IMG/VR virus record: IMGVR_UViG_3300045988_004347
Coordinates: 1-43,576 of that record
Origin: a virus
Strand: one strand, 5' to 3'
DNA: 43,576 bases
Below are positions 7,024-15,795 of this stretch, in pieces. The position numbers and the translations under genes are program-made. The first letter of the stretch is position 1. Every line of letters starts with the position of its first letter. Below the pieces are notes generated by a model that had not been told where the DNA came from, did no database searches, and saw only the letters and a list, made by a program, of their open reading frames with translations.

Positions 7024-9410
7024 CCCTGCACCTCCGACAGATTTACGCCGATGCGCGTACCCTCCGCCTTGTTCAGCCGGTACACGACCTTGCCCAGCAC
7101 GTCCTTATCCAGCACCAACACGGCTTCATTGCTGCCGCCATACCCGCTTTCAGCAAGTGCCTGTTTGAACGCCTGCACCATCGTAGCCAGAGGTGTCTCA
7201 ATGTTCGTCCCGGACTTCTGATCGCCCAGCACCGCCATAAACTCCCGGTTCGGAGGAATAACTGCGCCGGTAGCAAGTTTTGGAATAGGCAGCTTCGCAA
7301 CATTTACGCGTGACACGCTGCCATAATGCTTACCTGTCAGATCCGACAAACTATTTGCTGCGGCAACAAGCCTATTTAACCCATCAATGACGTTGTTGAT
7401 GCCGCGCTGGAACGACTCAATAATGTAATTCCACTGGATTACAAAGTTTCGGTTTGTCAGGCTCCAGTGTGCCAGCCACGCCTTGTTAAACTCCGCGCTG
7501 AATTTAGAAAACCCTGTCATGAAGTTTTCTTCCCATGCCAGAAATTCTGCGTCAATGTTATCAAGTACGAGTTGGAATTGCTCCAGCACAAGCCCCTGAT
7601 TTTCATTGATACCGTTTGCAAGGCCCTGCATCATGTAGTCGCCCATCTGCGTCGTTTCCGTCGATGGGGAATGAATACCCAGCACATCTTTTACTTTGCC
7701 GATTACATTGTGTCCCCATTCCGCAATCTTTTCTTTTGCTTTCAGTAGCCCACCGATCACGGTATTACTAAACCACGCTTTGATGTCTTCCCAAACGCCC
7801 TTGAGTTTGTCAAGCAGGAAATTCCAGTTTGGCGCAATTGCCGCAGCAAGGCCAACAGCGCCAACTGCAATCAGGCCAAGACCAAGAGGCACACCGGCTC
7901 CGGTAAACAAAAGGACAACACCGAGAACAAGCAGTGCTGCGCTGATCTTACCGATAACCTCCCCAAGCGGCCCTTGCAGCGCTTCTACAATACTTTCCCA
8001 ATTTGGAACAATGGCCGCCGCAAGTCCTGCTGCTCCCACAAGAATAAGTCCAAGACCAAGCGCAATCCCCGCGCCAGTAAACAAAAGGATCGCGCCAAGT
8101 GCCAACAATGCCGTGCTTGCAACTGCAACGATTTGTCCAACTTCTCCTTGCAGCGCTTCCTTTATCACGCCCCAATTTGCGGCTATAGTTGCCGCAAGAC
8201 CAACCGCTCCGAGTACAAGAAGGCCAAGGCCAAGAGGAACATTTACGCCTCCGAACACAAATATCGCGCCTAATGCCAGCAAAGCAACGCTTACAATTGC
8301 AACGATACCGGCAAGTTCACCCTGTAGCGCTTCCTTTATTGCGCCCCAGTTTTCGCTTACTGCGCTGTAAATAGTCAGCGCGCCAATTGCCATAAGTGCG
8401 ATGCCCAGCGGTATATTTATTCCGGAGAATGTAAGTATAGCGCCCAAAGCCAGCAAGCCAGCGCCCACAAACAGGGATGTGACCGCGCTGATTTGGTCTT
8501 TCATGGAAGACACAAAGTTTGGGGCACCCGCGCCGCCTCCGCCGCTGGAAGTATCCACGGAAAGTTTGTTGATTTCATCAAAGCTTGCCAAAGACTTACT
8601 TGCTTTTTTTGCCGCCCCGCCAACGCCGCTAAGTGCTTTTTGCTGGTTATATAGATTTTCAGCAGCTCTGCCCGCTTCATCCGCCGTTGTCCCAAAAATC
8701 ATAGCCACCAGTTTGGACAGAGCATTTACTACCTGTGTAATAACGTTGACAAGAACAATAAACGCGGGGATAAGCACATTCAGTATTGGTTGCGCAAGAG
8801 TGCGTAAAGCGCCTTTTAGTCTGCCAACCGCCGCCATAGCTTCATCGTTGGTTTGTATGGCCTCCCACATGTAGTCTTTCAAAGACCGCAGCGCCCGCGT
8901 GATAAGTGAAAACACCAGCACGCGACGAGCAAGCGTTTTTACTCTATCAGAAAACTTTTTCAGCCTCTTGTCTGCTTCTTCCGCAGCGGCAGAAAACCCG
9001 GTAGTTTTTTCTTTTGCTGCTGCTATTTGCGTTGCCAATTGCCCGGCTTTTTCTTTTTCACGGTCTATTGCACGCTCAGCTTCCGCAATTCTGTCGTTTT
9101 GCGTGTCCAATTTTTTGTTTACGTCTTTCCATTCTCCGCGAAGACTTTTAACAAGCTCAGTTTGCCTTTCGATGTGAAAGCTTGTAAAAAATTCATCCCC
9201 GCTTTTCATGTGCGCAAGCTTTTCTTGTTCTTTTTCCAAACTGTCCGCCAAATCTGCGGCTCTGTTTGCAAGAAAATCCCGGTTGCTTTTTTTGCTATTA
9301 AGCTTTTCCTGTAATGCGTCGATTTTTTTGGTCAACGCATTAAGTTCTTTCTGTGCCTGTTTATCGTCGATGTCGGCCCTGATAATAACGGAGCCGTCTG
9401 CGTTTGCCAT
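7020..9410 (-). CDS. Tape measure protein
   Basis: About 796 aa with a coiled-coil N-terminus and repeated TM-rich units. ATG at 9410 is 5 nt after AGGTGG; the ORF extends to a GTG at 9419. Confidence 0.85.
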   Translation of the reverse strand: MANADGSVIIRADIDDKQAQKELNALTKKIDALQEKLNSKKSNRDFLANRAADLADSLEKEQEKLAHMKSGDEFFTSFHIERQTELVKSLRGEWKDVNKKLDTQNDRIAEAERAIDREKEKAGQLATQIAAAKEKTTGFSAAAEEADKRLKKFSDRVKTLARRVLVFSLITRALRSLKDYMWEAIQTNDEAMAAVGRLKGALRTLAQPILNVLIPAFIVLVNVITQVVNALSKLVAMIFGTTADEAGRAAENLYNQQKALSGVGGAAKKASKSLASFDEINKLSVDTSSGGGGAGAPNFVSSMKDQISAVTSLFVGAGLLALGAILTFSGINIPLGIALMAIGALTIYSAVSENWGAIKEALQGELAGIVAIVSVALLALGAIFVFGGVNVPLGLGLLVLGAVGLAATIAANWGVIKEALQGEVGQIVAVASTALLALGAILLFTGAGIALGLGLILVGAAGLAAAIVPNWESIVEALQGPLGEVIGKISAALLVLGVVLLFTGAGVPLGLGLIAVGAVGLAAAIAPNWNFLLDKLKGVWEDIKAWFSNTVIGGLLKAKEKIAEWGHNVIGKVKDVLGIHSPSTETTQMGDYMMQGLANGINENQGLVLEQFQLVLDNIDAEFLAWEENFMTGFSKFSAEFNKAWLAHWSLTNRNFVIQWNYIIESFQRGINNVIDGLNRLVAAANSLSDLTGKHYGSVSRVNVAKLPIPKLATGAVIPPNREFMAVLGDQKSGTNIETPLATMVQAFKQALAESGYGGSNEAVLVLDKDVLGKVVYRLNKAEGTRIGVNLSEVQG
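7800..8507. repeat. Four tandem ~174-bp (58-aa) repeats inside the tape measure gene
   Basis: NWGAIKEALQG, NWGVIKEALQG, NWESIVEALQG and NWNFLLDKLKG recur every 58 aa. Each unit carries G/A/L-rich hydrophobic helices. Confidence 0.75.
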
Positions 9411-9437
9411 TTGCACCACCTACTTTCAAATTGCGAA

Positions 9438-9466
9438 TGGACATTTCGCATAAAATGTGTTATGGT
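9438..9466 (+). promoter_or_regulatory. Candidate promoter of the TM-Mrr gene
   Basis: TGGACA, a 17-nt spacer, then TGT-TATGGT (extended -10). It overlaps the GCGAA...TTCGC inverted repeat. The RBS AAAGGAGGG follows. Confidence 0.35.
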
Positions 9467-9487
9467 TGCGGTAAAGGAGGGACAGCT

Positions 9488-10579
9488 ATGGAAAAGATTA
9501 AACGCATAGCAATATTTATCGGTACATGGGTTGCCGCTACCTGTGTAGTTCTTATCTTGGGAGTAATTCTTGCTCCTACTTCGCCAGAGGGGGATAAAAT
9601 TCTTGGTGGCGGATTTACTGCAGCCGTTTTTATTATCCCTGTCATTATTGCTATTCTTGTTGTCAACAAAGATAAGATAAAAGCAAAGCTGCCTGAAAAG
9701 AAACCAACCGCTCTTAACCTCTCTGATACAGCAGAGCGAACAAAAGAATTTGTACCGCCCGCTTCTGCCGCAAAACAACAGCAACTCGCGGACAAGTTGG
9801 TTTCTGACATGCGCACTACTCTTTCTTTTTGCGAAGATGCCCCTTCGCTCAATTTATTTGTACATTGGTACGACCAAGCAATTGCCGATTTGGTCAAAAT
9901 GGTTTCTTTGGTTAAAGCCAATTTTAACTTTGACCCAACGTATAGGCTTAAAACTTTACGCGACGAATACCAACTCCATTTGTGTGATGCCATAGTTCGA
10001 ATCAAAGAGGAAACTTTGTCTGAAATAGACGGAAAGTATAAAAACAGCCGCGAATTTCAAGAAAAAGCCCTTACTGAATTTTGCGATGATATTGGGTTTG
10101 TTCGTTCGCGTTTTTCTCCCGGCACCGCCGATGTGGCAGATAAAGCTATTTCTGATATAGAAAAGCATCTTGGCATTAACCAGCACCCGGAAGAAACTTC
10201 TGCCCATTTATCGTTGTGGGACAACATTGATTTTATGGACGGTCATCGCTTTGAATACTGGTGTGCGGATGTCCTCCGCAAAATCGGATTTTGTAACGTA
10301 GAGGTAACACGCGGCAGCGGCGACCAGGGCGTTGACGTTCTTGCGGAAAAAGATGGGGTCAAATATGCCATCCAGTGCAAGTGCTATACTTCCGATTTGG
10401 GTAACAAGCCGGTACAAGAAGTCAACACTGGAAAGACCATTTACCGCTGTCAAGTTGGCGTTGTTATGACAAACCGTTACTTTACGCAAGGGGCAAAAGA
10501 CGCTGCTGAAGCAACCGGCATTTTGCTGTGGGATCGTGACGTCGTGCAAAAGATGGCAAAACTGGCGAATATGGCTTGA
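9488..10579 (+). CDS. Membrane-anchored protein with a C-terminal Mrr-type (PD-(D/E)XK) restriction endonuclease domain
   Basis: Start is MEKIKRIAIF after AAAGGAGGG. Two N-terminal TM helices are present. The C-terminus FEYWCADVLRKIGFCNVEVTRGSGDQGVDVLAEKDGVKYAIQCKCY...VVMTNRYFTQGAKDAA fits the Mrr_cat pattern. Two hand-counted 60-nt lines gave about 42% GC. Confidence 0.75.
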   Translation: MEKIKRIAIFIGTWVAATCVVLILGVILAPTSPEGDKILGGGFTAAVFIIPVIIAILVVNKDKIKAKLPEKKPTALNLSDTAERTKEFVPPASAAKQQQLADKLVSDMRTTLSFCEDAPSLNLFVHWYDQAIADLVKMVSLVKANFNFDPTYRLKTLRDEYQLHLCDAIVRIKEETLSEIDGKYKNSREFQEKALTEFCDDIGFVRSRFSPGTADVADKAISDIEKHLGINQHPEETSAHLSLWDNIDFMDGHRFEYWCADVLRKIGFCNVEVTRGSGDQGVDVLAEKDGVKYAIQCKCYTSDLGNKPVQEVNTGKTIYRCQVGVVMTNRYFTQGAKDAAEATGILLWDRDVVQKMAKLANMA

Positions 10580-10584
10580 CCTTT

Positions 10585-10612
10585 ACCGCCCTCTGTAGAG
10601 GGCGGTTTTTAT
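10585..10612 (+). terminator. Intrinsic terminator of the TM-Mrr gene
   Basis: 9-bp stem ACCGCCCTC/GAGGGCGGT with loop TGTA, then TTTTTATAT. It overlaps the stop of the convergent Gp15-like gene. Confidence 0.8.
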
Positions 10613-11157
10613 ATCCATCTACTGATGACCGCCTCGTCTTGCTCCGTATATTGCTTCTGGAAATCTATCAAATGCCGGTTTTTTCTATAAAACTCCTGCT
10701 CTGATTTATCCAGCTTTTCACCCTTTGACTTCTTTCGCCGTATATTGACCACTTGTGCAAACATACAATCGCCAATTTCCGTGTACGCCGTGTTCCACGT
10801 CCACCAATGAAGATAGCGCATCGCGCGGACTTCTTCCCCCAGCACTTTGTTTACAGGAGCTACAATCAATGGGAAATCCTGCTGCCAATCCATAAGCTTT
10901 ACGGTTCGCTTTTCTTCTTTGTAGGGCTCCCCGCAATTTATAAACCAAATGCATTTCTGGATAGCTTCCTCATAGTCTCGCTCCGGCATGTTATCAAAGT
11001 CTGGGTAAAAAATATCCAACATCGCTTCTGCCTTGTCGGCTTCCGTAAAATCTTTGTCAGAAATGGCTTCTATGATGGTCAGAATATCTCGGTAATCGCT
11101 CCGTATTTCATATTCCGTTCCGTTGACTTCCACGGACACCGGCAAATCATATCTCAT
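10609..11157 (-). CDS. Gp15-family phage protein in the tail module
   Basis: 182 aa. MRYDLPVSVEVNGTEYEIRSDYRDILTIIEA... is typical of the Gp15 family found between the chaperone and the tape measure in A118-like modules. Confidence 0.65.
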   Translation of the reverse strand: MRYDLPVSVEVNGTEYEIRSDYRDILTIIEAISDKDFTEADKAEAMLDIFYPDFDNMPERDYEEAIQKCIWFINCGEPYKEEKRTVKLMDWQQDFPLIVAPVNKVLGEEVRAMRYLHWWTWNTAYTEIGDCMFAQVVNIRRKKSKGEKLDKSEQEFYRKNRHLIDFQKQYTEQDEAVISRWI

Positions 11158-11588
11158 TTGTGGTACTTCTTTGTGTACTTACTGATGCGCGGATTGGTAG
11201 CTTTCTGTTCGCGGGAGAAAGTAGTGTCTACTTCGTCCATTACGGCAAGCATCAGGTTAGCCCACACAGGCAGACCGTCCGCCAGCGCGTATAGGTTCAT
11301 TTCGCCAAACAAAGCGCTGCAAATGTCAACGTGGAATACTTCATTGATGATCTCGCGCATTTCGTCATCCATCTTGCGTGCTGTATCAAAAATGTCGCGT
11401 TTATTGGCCGTCTTTTCTACTTCCGCTTTGTAAGTTTCCTGCTTTTTGTCCAGCGTATCAAAAGCGTTAAAAAGCTTTTCCACAAACCCGCTGTCCGTGG
11501 GGTTAAAAGAAAACTCACACGTCTTGCCATCGGTTGTTTCAAATACTTTTTTTACGACGCCAGAATTGATGATAATAGTGTCTGCCAT
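11154..11588 (-). CDS. Tail assembly chaperone
   Basis: 144 aa, acidic, directly after the major tail gene. ATGA overlap with the next gene. Confidence 0.6.
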   Translation of the reverse strand: MADTIIINSGVVKKVFETTDGKTCEFSFNPTDSGFVEKLFNAFDTLDKKQETYKAEVEKTANKRDIFDTARKMDDEMREIINEVFHVDICSALFGEMNLYALADGLPVWANLMLAVMDEVDTTFSREQKATNPRISKYTKKYHK

Positions 11589-11637
11589 TTTTATCCTCCA
11601 TGTGAGGGCGGGGAATGTCCCCCGCCCTCTCTGTTAT

Positions 11638-12159
11638 TTAGGCCGCAGTAAACTCAATAGCGCCGCTGCTACCTTTCTTCACAGTGCCCACAGTGCGGGT
11701 GCCGCCGTAGGTGATTTCGCTGGTGATATTCAGGGTGCCGCCGCCCTCGCCGCCGATGCCGGTGATGGCAATAGCGCAAGCGTCGTAGCGCTCCGCAAAC
11801 ATCGCCTCGCCGCTGGTGGCGTAGAAGTGACCGATCATCATGTCCTGATTTGCCAGCGCCTGGGCATCTTGGTCTTTGACGGCCAGGTTCCACATCTTCA
11901 CCGCCGCAGCGTCACCCGCGTCCAAAGGAATAGGGTCAAAGGTCTGCGTGATGGTGGGCTTTTTCATAGTCGTAAAGGTGTGGCCCAAAATGTCCTGCTT
12001 GGTGTCGGTGCTCCAATCCATTTCCTCGCTGCTGTCCTCGACGCGCTTACCGATAGCGCTCCACACAGGGGCGGAAGCGGTGCCGGTGTTCAGGTACGCA
12101 ATGAGCAGTTCGCGGTCAATGGTCTGGCCCACCGTGGTGTTGAATTCCAAATCTGCCAT
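11638..12159 (-). CDS. Major tail protein
   Basis: 173 aa. Position and the pattern LIAYLNTGTASAPVWSAIGKRVEDSSEEMDW... are typical of siphovirus major tail proteins. Confidence 0.75.
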   Translation of the reverse strand: MADLEFNTTVGQTIDRELLIAYLNTGTASAPVWSAIGKRVEDSSEEMDWSTDTKQDILGHTFTTMKKPTITQTFDPIPLDAGDAAAVKMWNLAVKDQDAQALANQDMMIGHFYATSGEAMFAERYDACAIAITGIGGEGGGTLNITSEITYGGTRTVGTVKKGSSGAIEFTAA

Positions 12160-12605
12160 TATACATTCACCTCGTAATTCAGTTTCATAAGGATTTGGTG
12201 ATCTTCGTCCCCGTTTTCATACATGGCAAACAGGGAAGATCGCGTGGTCGGCTCCATGCTGATAACGCGCTTGTCATCTCCGATGTAGGGCTTCTGACCA
12301 TTTGCCCAATCTCCGATAGCGTTCAACAGTTCGTCAGCCTTGAGCCGTTTGTCGTTGCTGTTCCCCGGCTTCACTCGGTAGATTATCTTGAACTGATACT
12401 CCGCCACATAGCCGCCGGTGATATACTTCCGCACGATGTAAGCCGCTTGGATGGTCGACATCGCCATAGCGGAAGTGTCGGCGGGAAGAAACTCAAAGCG
12501 GATCAGGTCGACTGGCAGCTCCGGGTATGTGTTCAGCCACACAAGCAGCTTGCGCGATACCTGATCTTCTTCCGCCGCCGGCACGGCCTTTTTAATCTTT
12601 TCCAA
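12159..12605 (-). CDS. Tail completion / terminator-like protein
   Basis: 148 aa, in the position immediately upstream of the major tail gene. Confidence 0.55.
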   Translation of the reverse strand: MEKIKKAVPAAEEDQVSRKLLVWLNTYPELPVDLIRFEFLPADTSAMAMSTIQAAYIVRKYITGGYVAEYQFKIIYRVKPGNSNDKRLKADELLNAIGDWANGQKPYIGDDKRVISMEPTTRSSLFAMYENGDEDHQILMKLNYEVNV

Positions 12606-13011
12606 ATTTCTTCACCGCCTTATCTGCCACCCGCACCCACTTCTCCATGTTCTGCGCTTTAGAAACGTCAAACCAATGTGCCTGTGCCTGCGGATGCATT
12701 GTTGTGTTAAATACAAGATTTCGGTCTGTGACCACCTTGTGCCCGCCCTTTGGGGCGTATGTGCTGCCGGTCGCCGGGTCTACCATCACCTTACCGTAGT
12801 ACAGAAACCGGGCGTATGGGCCGGGATAAATGACCTCGTTGCCAACCACCCGCGTTCTCTGCGTCAGAGAGCCTGTAAGCGCAGGTACAAAGGGGGTGGT
12901 ATCTTTCATCACCTGTTGCGCTAAAACGCTTTCAGCGCGGCCACAGGCCCTTGCAAGCTGCCGCTTTACCTCGTCCATGCCGGACATGTCAACAGAGAAC
13001 TTGAGCGACAT
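12592..13011 (-). CDS. HK97 gp10-like head-tail joining protein
   Basis: Start is MSLKFSVDMSG at 13011. The motif PGPYARFLYYGKVMV is typical of the gp10 family. Confidence 0.65.
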   Translation of the reverse strand: MSLKFSVDMSGMDEVKRQLARACGRAESVLAQQVMKDTTPFVPALTGSLTQRTRVVGNEVIYPGPYARFLYYGKVMVDPATGSTYAPKGGHKVVTDRNLVFNTTMHPQAQAHWFDVSKAQNMEKWVRVADKAVKKFGKD

Positions 13012-13012
13012 C

Positions 13013-13471
13013 TTATGCCCCTCCGACTTCCCAATGCTGCATATCCACGCTGCCAAAATCTTTCTCGTCCACTTTGGTCACGTTGTAGCAGCCGTCCTGT
13101 GCCATAGCCACGTCCTCTTTGTCGGTGACAAACTCGCCTTTTACAAAGAACGTCAGCCCGCCGTTTCCGTTGACCGACAGCGTCCACAGCCCGGACTTGT
13201 CCGCCGCCGCAAGAAACGCCTGCGGGGGCGCGTAAGTCTTGGCTTTACCTGTCGTGCCGTCTACCGCTTCCACGGAAAACGGAATGTACAGGTTTACCGC
13301 GTCAGCGCTCTCAAGTCCGCTTTCTCGGACGTTGACCGCCTTGCTGGCCTGCAGCATAACACCGCGCAGGATGGTCACATACAGCTTTGTGATTTCCTCA
13401 AAAGTCGCCGGGTCAGTCTCCTGCACGGCGTTGTAGACCGTTATAGTGTGGGGCGCGTACAACCACAGCAC
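13013..13471 (-). CDS. Head closure / minor capsid-type protein
   Basis: 152 aa between the connector and the gp10-like gene. Assigned by position in an A118/SPP1-like module. Confidence 0.5.
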   Translation of the reverse strand: MLWLYAPHTITVYNAVQETDPATFEEITKLYVTILRGVMLQASKAVNVRESGLESADAVNLYIPFSVEAVDGTTGKAKTYAPPQAFLAAADKSGLWTLSVNGNGGLTFFVKGEFVTDKEDVAMAQDGCYNVTKVDEKDFGSVDMQHWEVGGA

Positions 13472-13878
13472 CCCCCTCCCCGATACAAAAGCCCGGTATG
13501 CGCCAGATACTCGTTACAGGTCGCCGCCAGAAGTTTCTTCGCACCGTCCGTAGCGCTTAGTGCGGACGCGGCAGCTTCGCCGCCGCTGGCCAGCGTCCGG
13601 GAGTACCCGCCTACCGTTTCGCTTTTCACGTCATCGCCGGTCGCCGCGTTCGTCAGTTTGGTTGCGGCAAGCTGCTGCGCGGCTTCGATCAGCTGATACT
13701 TGTCCACAAGTGCACAGCAGCACATTTTTACAGCGTCCATATCGGCGTTATCTTTTGCCCGGTTCTGCGTGTAGTAATCGAGGAAGGAGCTGGCTCGTAC
13801 AGCCAGACGCGGAAAATCCTCCTCGCTCACGGTGCCCATATAGGTACCGGAGTAATAGTTGTAATCAGCGTATGTCAT
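13441..13878 (-). CDS. Head-tail connector (gp6-like) protein
   Basis: 145 aa. MTYADYNYYSGTYMGTVSEEDFPRLAVRASSFLDYYT is the typical opening of gp6-like connector proteins. Confidence 0.65.
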   Translation of the reverse strand: MTYADYNYYSGTYMGTVSEEDFPRLAVRASSFLDYYTQNRAKDNADMDAVKMCCCALVDKYQLIEAAQQLAATKLTNAATGDDVKSETVGGYSRTLASGGEAAASALSATDGAKKLLAATCNEYLAHTGLLYRGGGCCGCTRPTL

Positions 13879-13898
13879 GTGAGCCAGCTCCTTTCAAA

Positions 13899-14897
13899 TC
13901 AGCTACCGGTCTTGGGGGACAGGATGATGTTGTCCAGCACAGCGGCCTTGAGTGTGTTCTTCAGCACCACGCCTGCAACCAGCTCGACCTCGCCGGTCTT
14001 TACGGCACCGGGGGCGTTCATGTCAGGCATATAGCTGGAAATGACGCTGTTGCCGGTGGGGGAAATGCCGTGGAAGCCGTCCAGACCGATACTCACCGCG
14101 TAGATGCTGGTGGTGCCGTCGGCGGAAGCGGTAGCGGCGGAAGTGCCGATAACGTCCACGGAAGAGGTGCCGTTGTAGTACTTGCCCATGTCCATCAGGG
14201 GGATACCGGCAAAGGTCTCCACCACCTGGCCAAAGTCGTTCTTTGTACGCTCGTAGTAACCGGCACGGCGTGCGCAGGAACGAACCTTCATCAGCATATC
14301 GCTGTTCATCATCAGCATGGTGGTGTCACCGTCGATGGTGTGCACCAGCTGATCCAGCTGGTCAATGAACGCGTTGGCGTTGCTATCCAGCAGGGCAGAG
14401 GTGGACAGGTTGATGCCGGAGGACAGCTCCGTAGAAGTGCCGGACAGCAGCTTCTTCAGACCGTCAAAAGTGCCGGTCACATAACCAGCGCCAGTAGCGG
14501 CGGAAGTGCCGTTAATGACCAGGTTATGGAAGTAGTTGCTGGTCGCCTTGATCTTCTGCTGTGCCTGGAACGCCAGCTCGTCAACAGCACCGGAGGTATT
14601 CTGCAGCACACGGTCAACGGAGAAGGAACCGCCCATGATGATGGCCTTTGCGGTCTTCTCAACGCGCTTGGCTTCGTTGGCGGTGTACTCGCTGTTGATC
14701 GCACGAACAGCGGCGGTGGAGGGGGTGTTCAGCTGAATGTAGCCGTAGGTCAGGGTGGAACCACCAGTGCCCGGAGAGATGGCGTTATCAAACACCAGTC
14801 TGTCCAGCAGCAGAGAACTGCGGCGAAATTCGTCGACGATCATCTGGTCGACCTTGTCGGCCATGCCGACCTTAGCTTCAGCAAGAGTAATAGCCAT
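13899..14897 (-). CDS. Major capsid protein
   Basis: 332 aa directly after the scaffold gene. Sequence opens MAITLAEAKVGMADKVDQMIVDEFRRSSLLLDRLVFDN. Confidence 0.85.
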   Translation of the reverse strand: MAITLAEAKVGMADKVDQMIVDEFRRSSLLLDRLVFDNAISPGTGGSTLTYGYIQLNTPSTAAVRAINSEYTANEAKRVEKTAKAIIMGGSFSVDRVLQNTSGAVDELAFQAQQKIKATSNYFHNLVINGTSAATGAGYVTGTFDGLKKLLSGTSTELSSGINLSTSALLDSNANAFIDQLDQLVHTIDGDTTMLMMNSDMLMKVRSCARRAGYYERTKNDFGQVVETFAGIPLMDMGKYYNGTSSVDVIGTSAATASADGTTSIYAVSIGLDGFHGISPTGNSVISSYMPDMNAPGAVKTGEVELVAGVVLKNTLKAAVLDNIILSPKTGS

Positions 14898-14912
14898 GTG
14901 TCATTGTCTCCT

Positions 14913-15485
14913 TTACTTGTCGTATTTTTCGTGGAGCGCACCCAGCAAAGACGTAGGCTTTGTTTCACGAGTGCCGCCCTCAAGCGAACCCTGCGTGTCA
15001 ACACGAGCGCCAGCCTTTACAAATGCGCTGGGATCCTCGGACTTTGCCTTTTCCAGGTACTTGTCGAACCCGTCCAAAGCGCCATCCTTCATTTCGAGCT
15101 TGCTGTCTCCGATACCCGCGCGGAAAGCCTTTTCCGCAGACTTGGAGGAAAACTTCACGCCGCTGTCGGCAATCGCCTTGTCAATGGCGGTCTGATAATC
15201 CCGCTGTGCAAGCTGCGCTTTGTACGCTTCGGTTTCCTTGTCGTACTTGCCTTGCAGCTCATCCAGCTTTTCCTGGATTTTGGCAGCGTCACCGCTGGTC
15301 TTTTTCAGCTCCGCAATGTCCTTATCCCGGTCTGCGACCTGCTGCTCCAGGGCTTCCTTGTCCGCCTTTGCGTCCTCTGCGGCTTTCTTGTGCTTCTCGA
15401 TATCCTTGCCGTTCATGGCAAAAACCTTGTCCGCCTGCTCTTCCGTCAGGCCGATGTTCAACAGCTCTTCTTTCTTCATGTTCAA
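14913..15485 (-). CDS. Scaffolding protein
   Basis: 190 aa, highly charged K/E/D coiled coil, located between the Mu-F-like gene and the capsid gene. Confidence 0.8.
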   Translation of the reverse strand: MNMKKEELLNIGLTEEQADKVFAMNGKDIEKHKKAAEDAKADKEALEQQVADRDKDIAELKKTSGDAAKIQEKLDELQGKYDKETEAYKAQLAQRDYQTAIDKAIADSGVKFSSKSAEKAFRAGIGDSKLEMKDGALDGFDKYLEKAKSEDPSAFVKAGARVDTQGSLEGGTRETKPTSLLGALHEKYDK

Positions 15486-15592
15486 CTCCTTACGGGATAG
15501 GCTTTTTAGGTCGTTGCCGTGACCGCCCCGCCTGCACTTTTAGGCTTGCAGATAGCCAATTTTTGTATAAAATCCGCATCAGCGGTTTTTAC

Positions 15593-15636
15593 TGAAAAAC
15601 AAAAGCCAACCACTGATAAACTGTCAGCAGTTGGCT
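15593..15636 (-). terminator. Intrinsic terminator upstream of the scaffold gene
   Basis: 13-bp stem AGCCAACTGCTGA/TCAGTGGTTGGCT (two G-U pairs), then TTTGTTTTT on the minus strand. Confidence 0.65.
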
Positions 15637-15660
15637 CCTATTGCCCTTCCCGGTGCCCGA

Positions 15661-15795
15661 TTACACCGAGGATTGATATTTGATTTTCTTTTGGACTTCC
15701 AGTACGATAACGCCGTCACCCTTTCGCCGCACTTCTGCGTTGTTGCCGCGCTTCAAAATGGCTTCGATAGCCTGTATGACTTCGTTGTCGATCAA
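15661..15795 (-). CDS. Small 44-aa protein
   Basis: Below the track cut-off. The TTG start overlaps the upstream TGA (TTGA). Product is IDNEVIQAIEAILKRGNNAEVRRKGDGVIVLEVQKKIKYQSSV. Confidence 0.4.
   Translation of the reverse strand: MIDNEVIQAIEAILKRGNNAEVRRKGDGVIVLEVQKKIKYQSSV

Noticed and set aside
7800-8507. The regularly spaced repeats might have been a CRISPR-like array.
   Set aside because: The repeats are 174-bp, in-frame and divergent, and they lie inside a continuous 799-aa ORF. They are protein repeats of the tape measure, not repeat-spacer units. No cas genes are present.
10609-11588. The canonical -1 programmed frameshift (gpG/gpGT) between the tail chaperone gene and the next gene.
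   Set aside because: The downstream Gp15-like ORF has its own ATG in an ATGA overlap. I could not find an XXXYYYZ slippery heptamer near the chaperone stop, so there is no support from sequence alone.
13560-15500. A very long plus-strand ORF (646 aa), and similar ones at 41851..43245, 33111..34553, 17273..18490, 173..1054 and 27844..28716.
   Set aside because: They run antisense to well-supported capsid, scaffold, endolysin and portal genes. They are Arg/Gly/Pro/Ala-rich, lack an RBS and have no recognisable motifs. These are typical shadow ORFs of GC-rich DNA.
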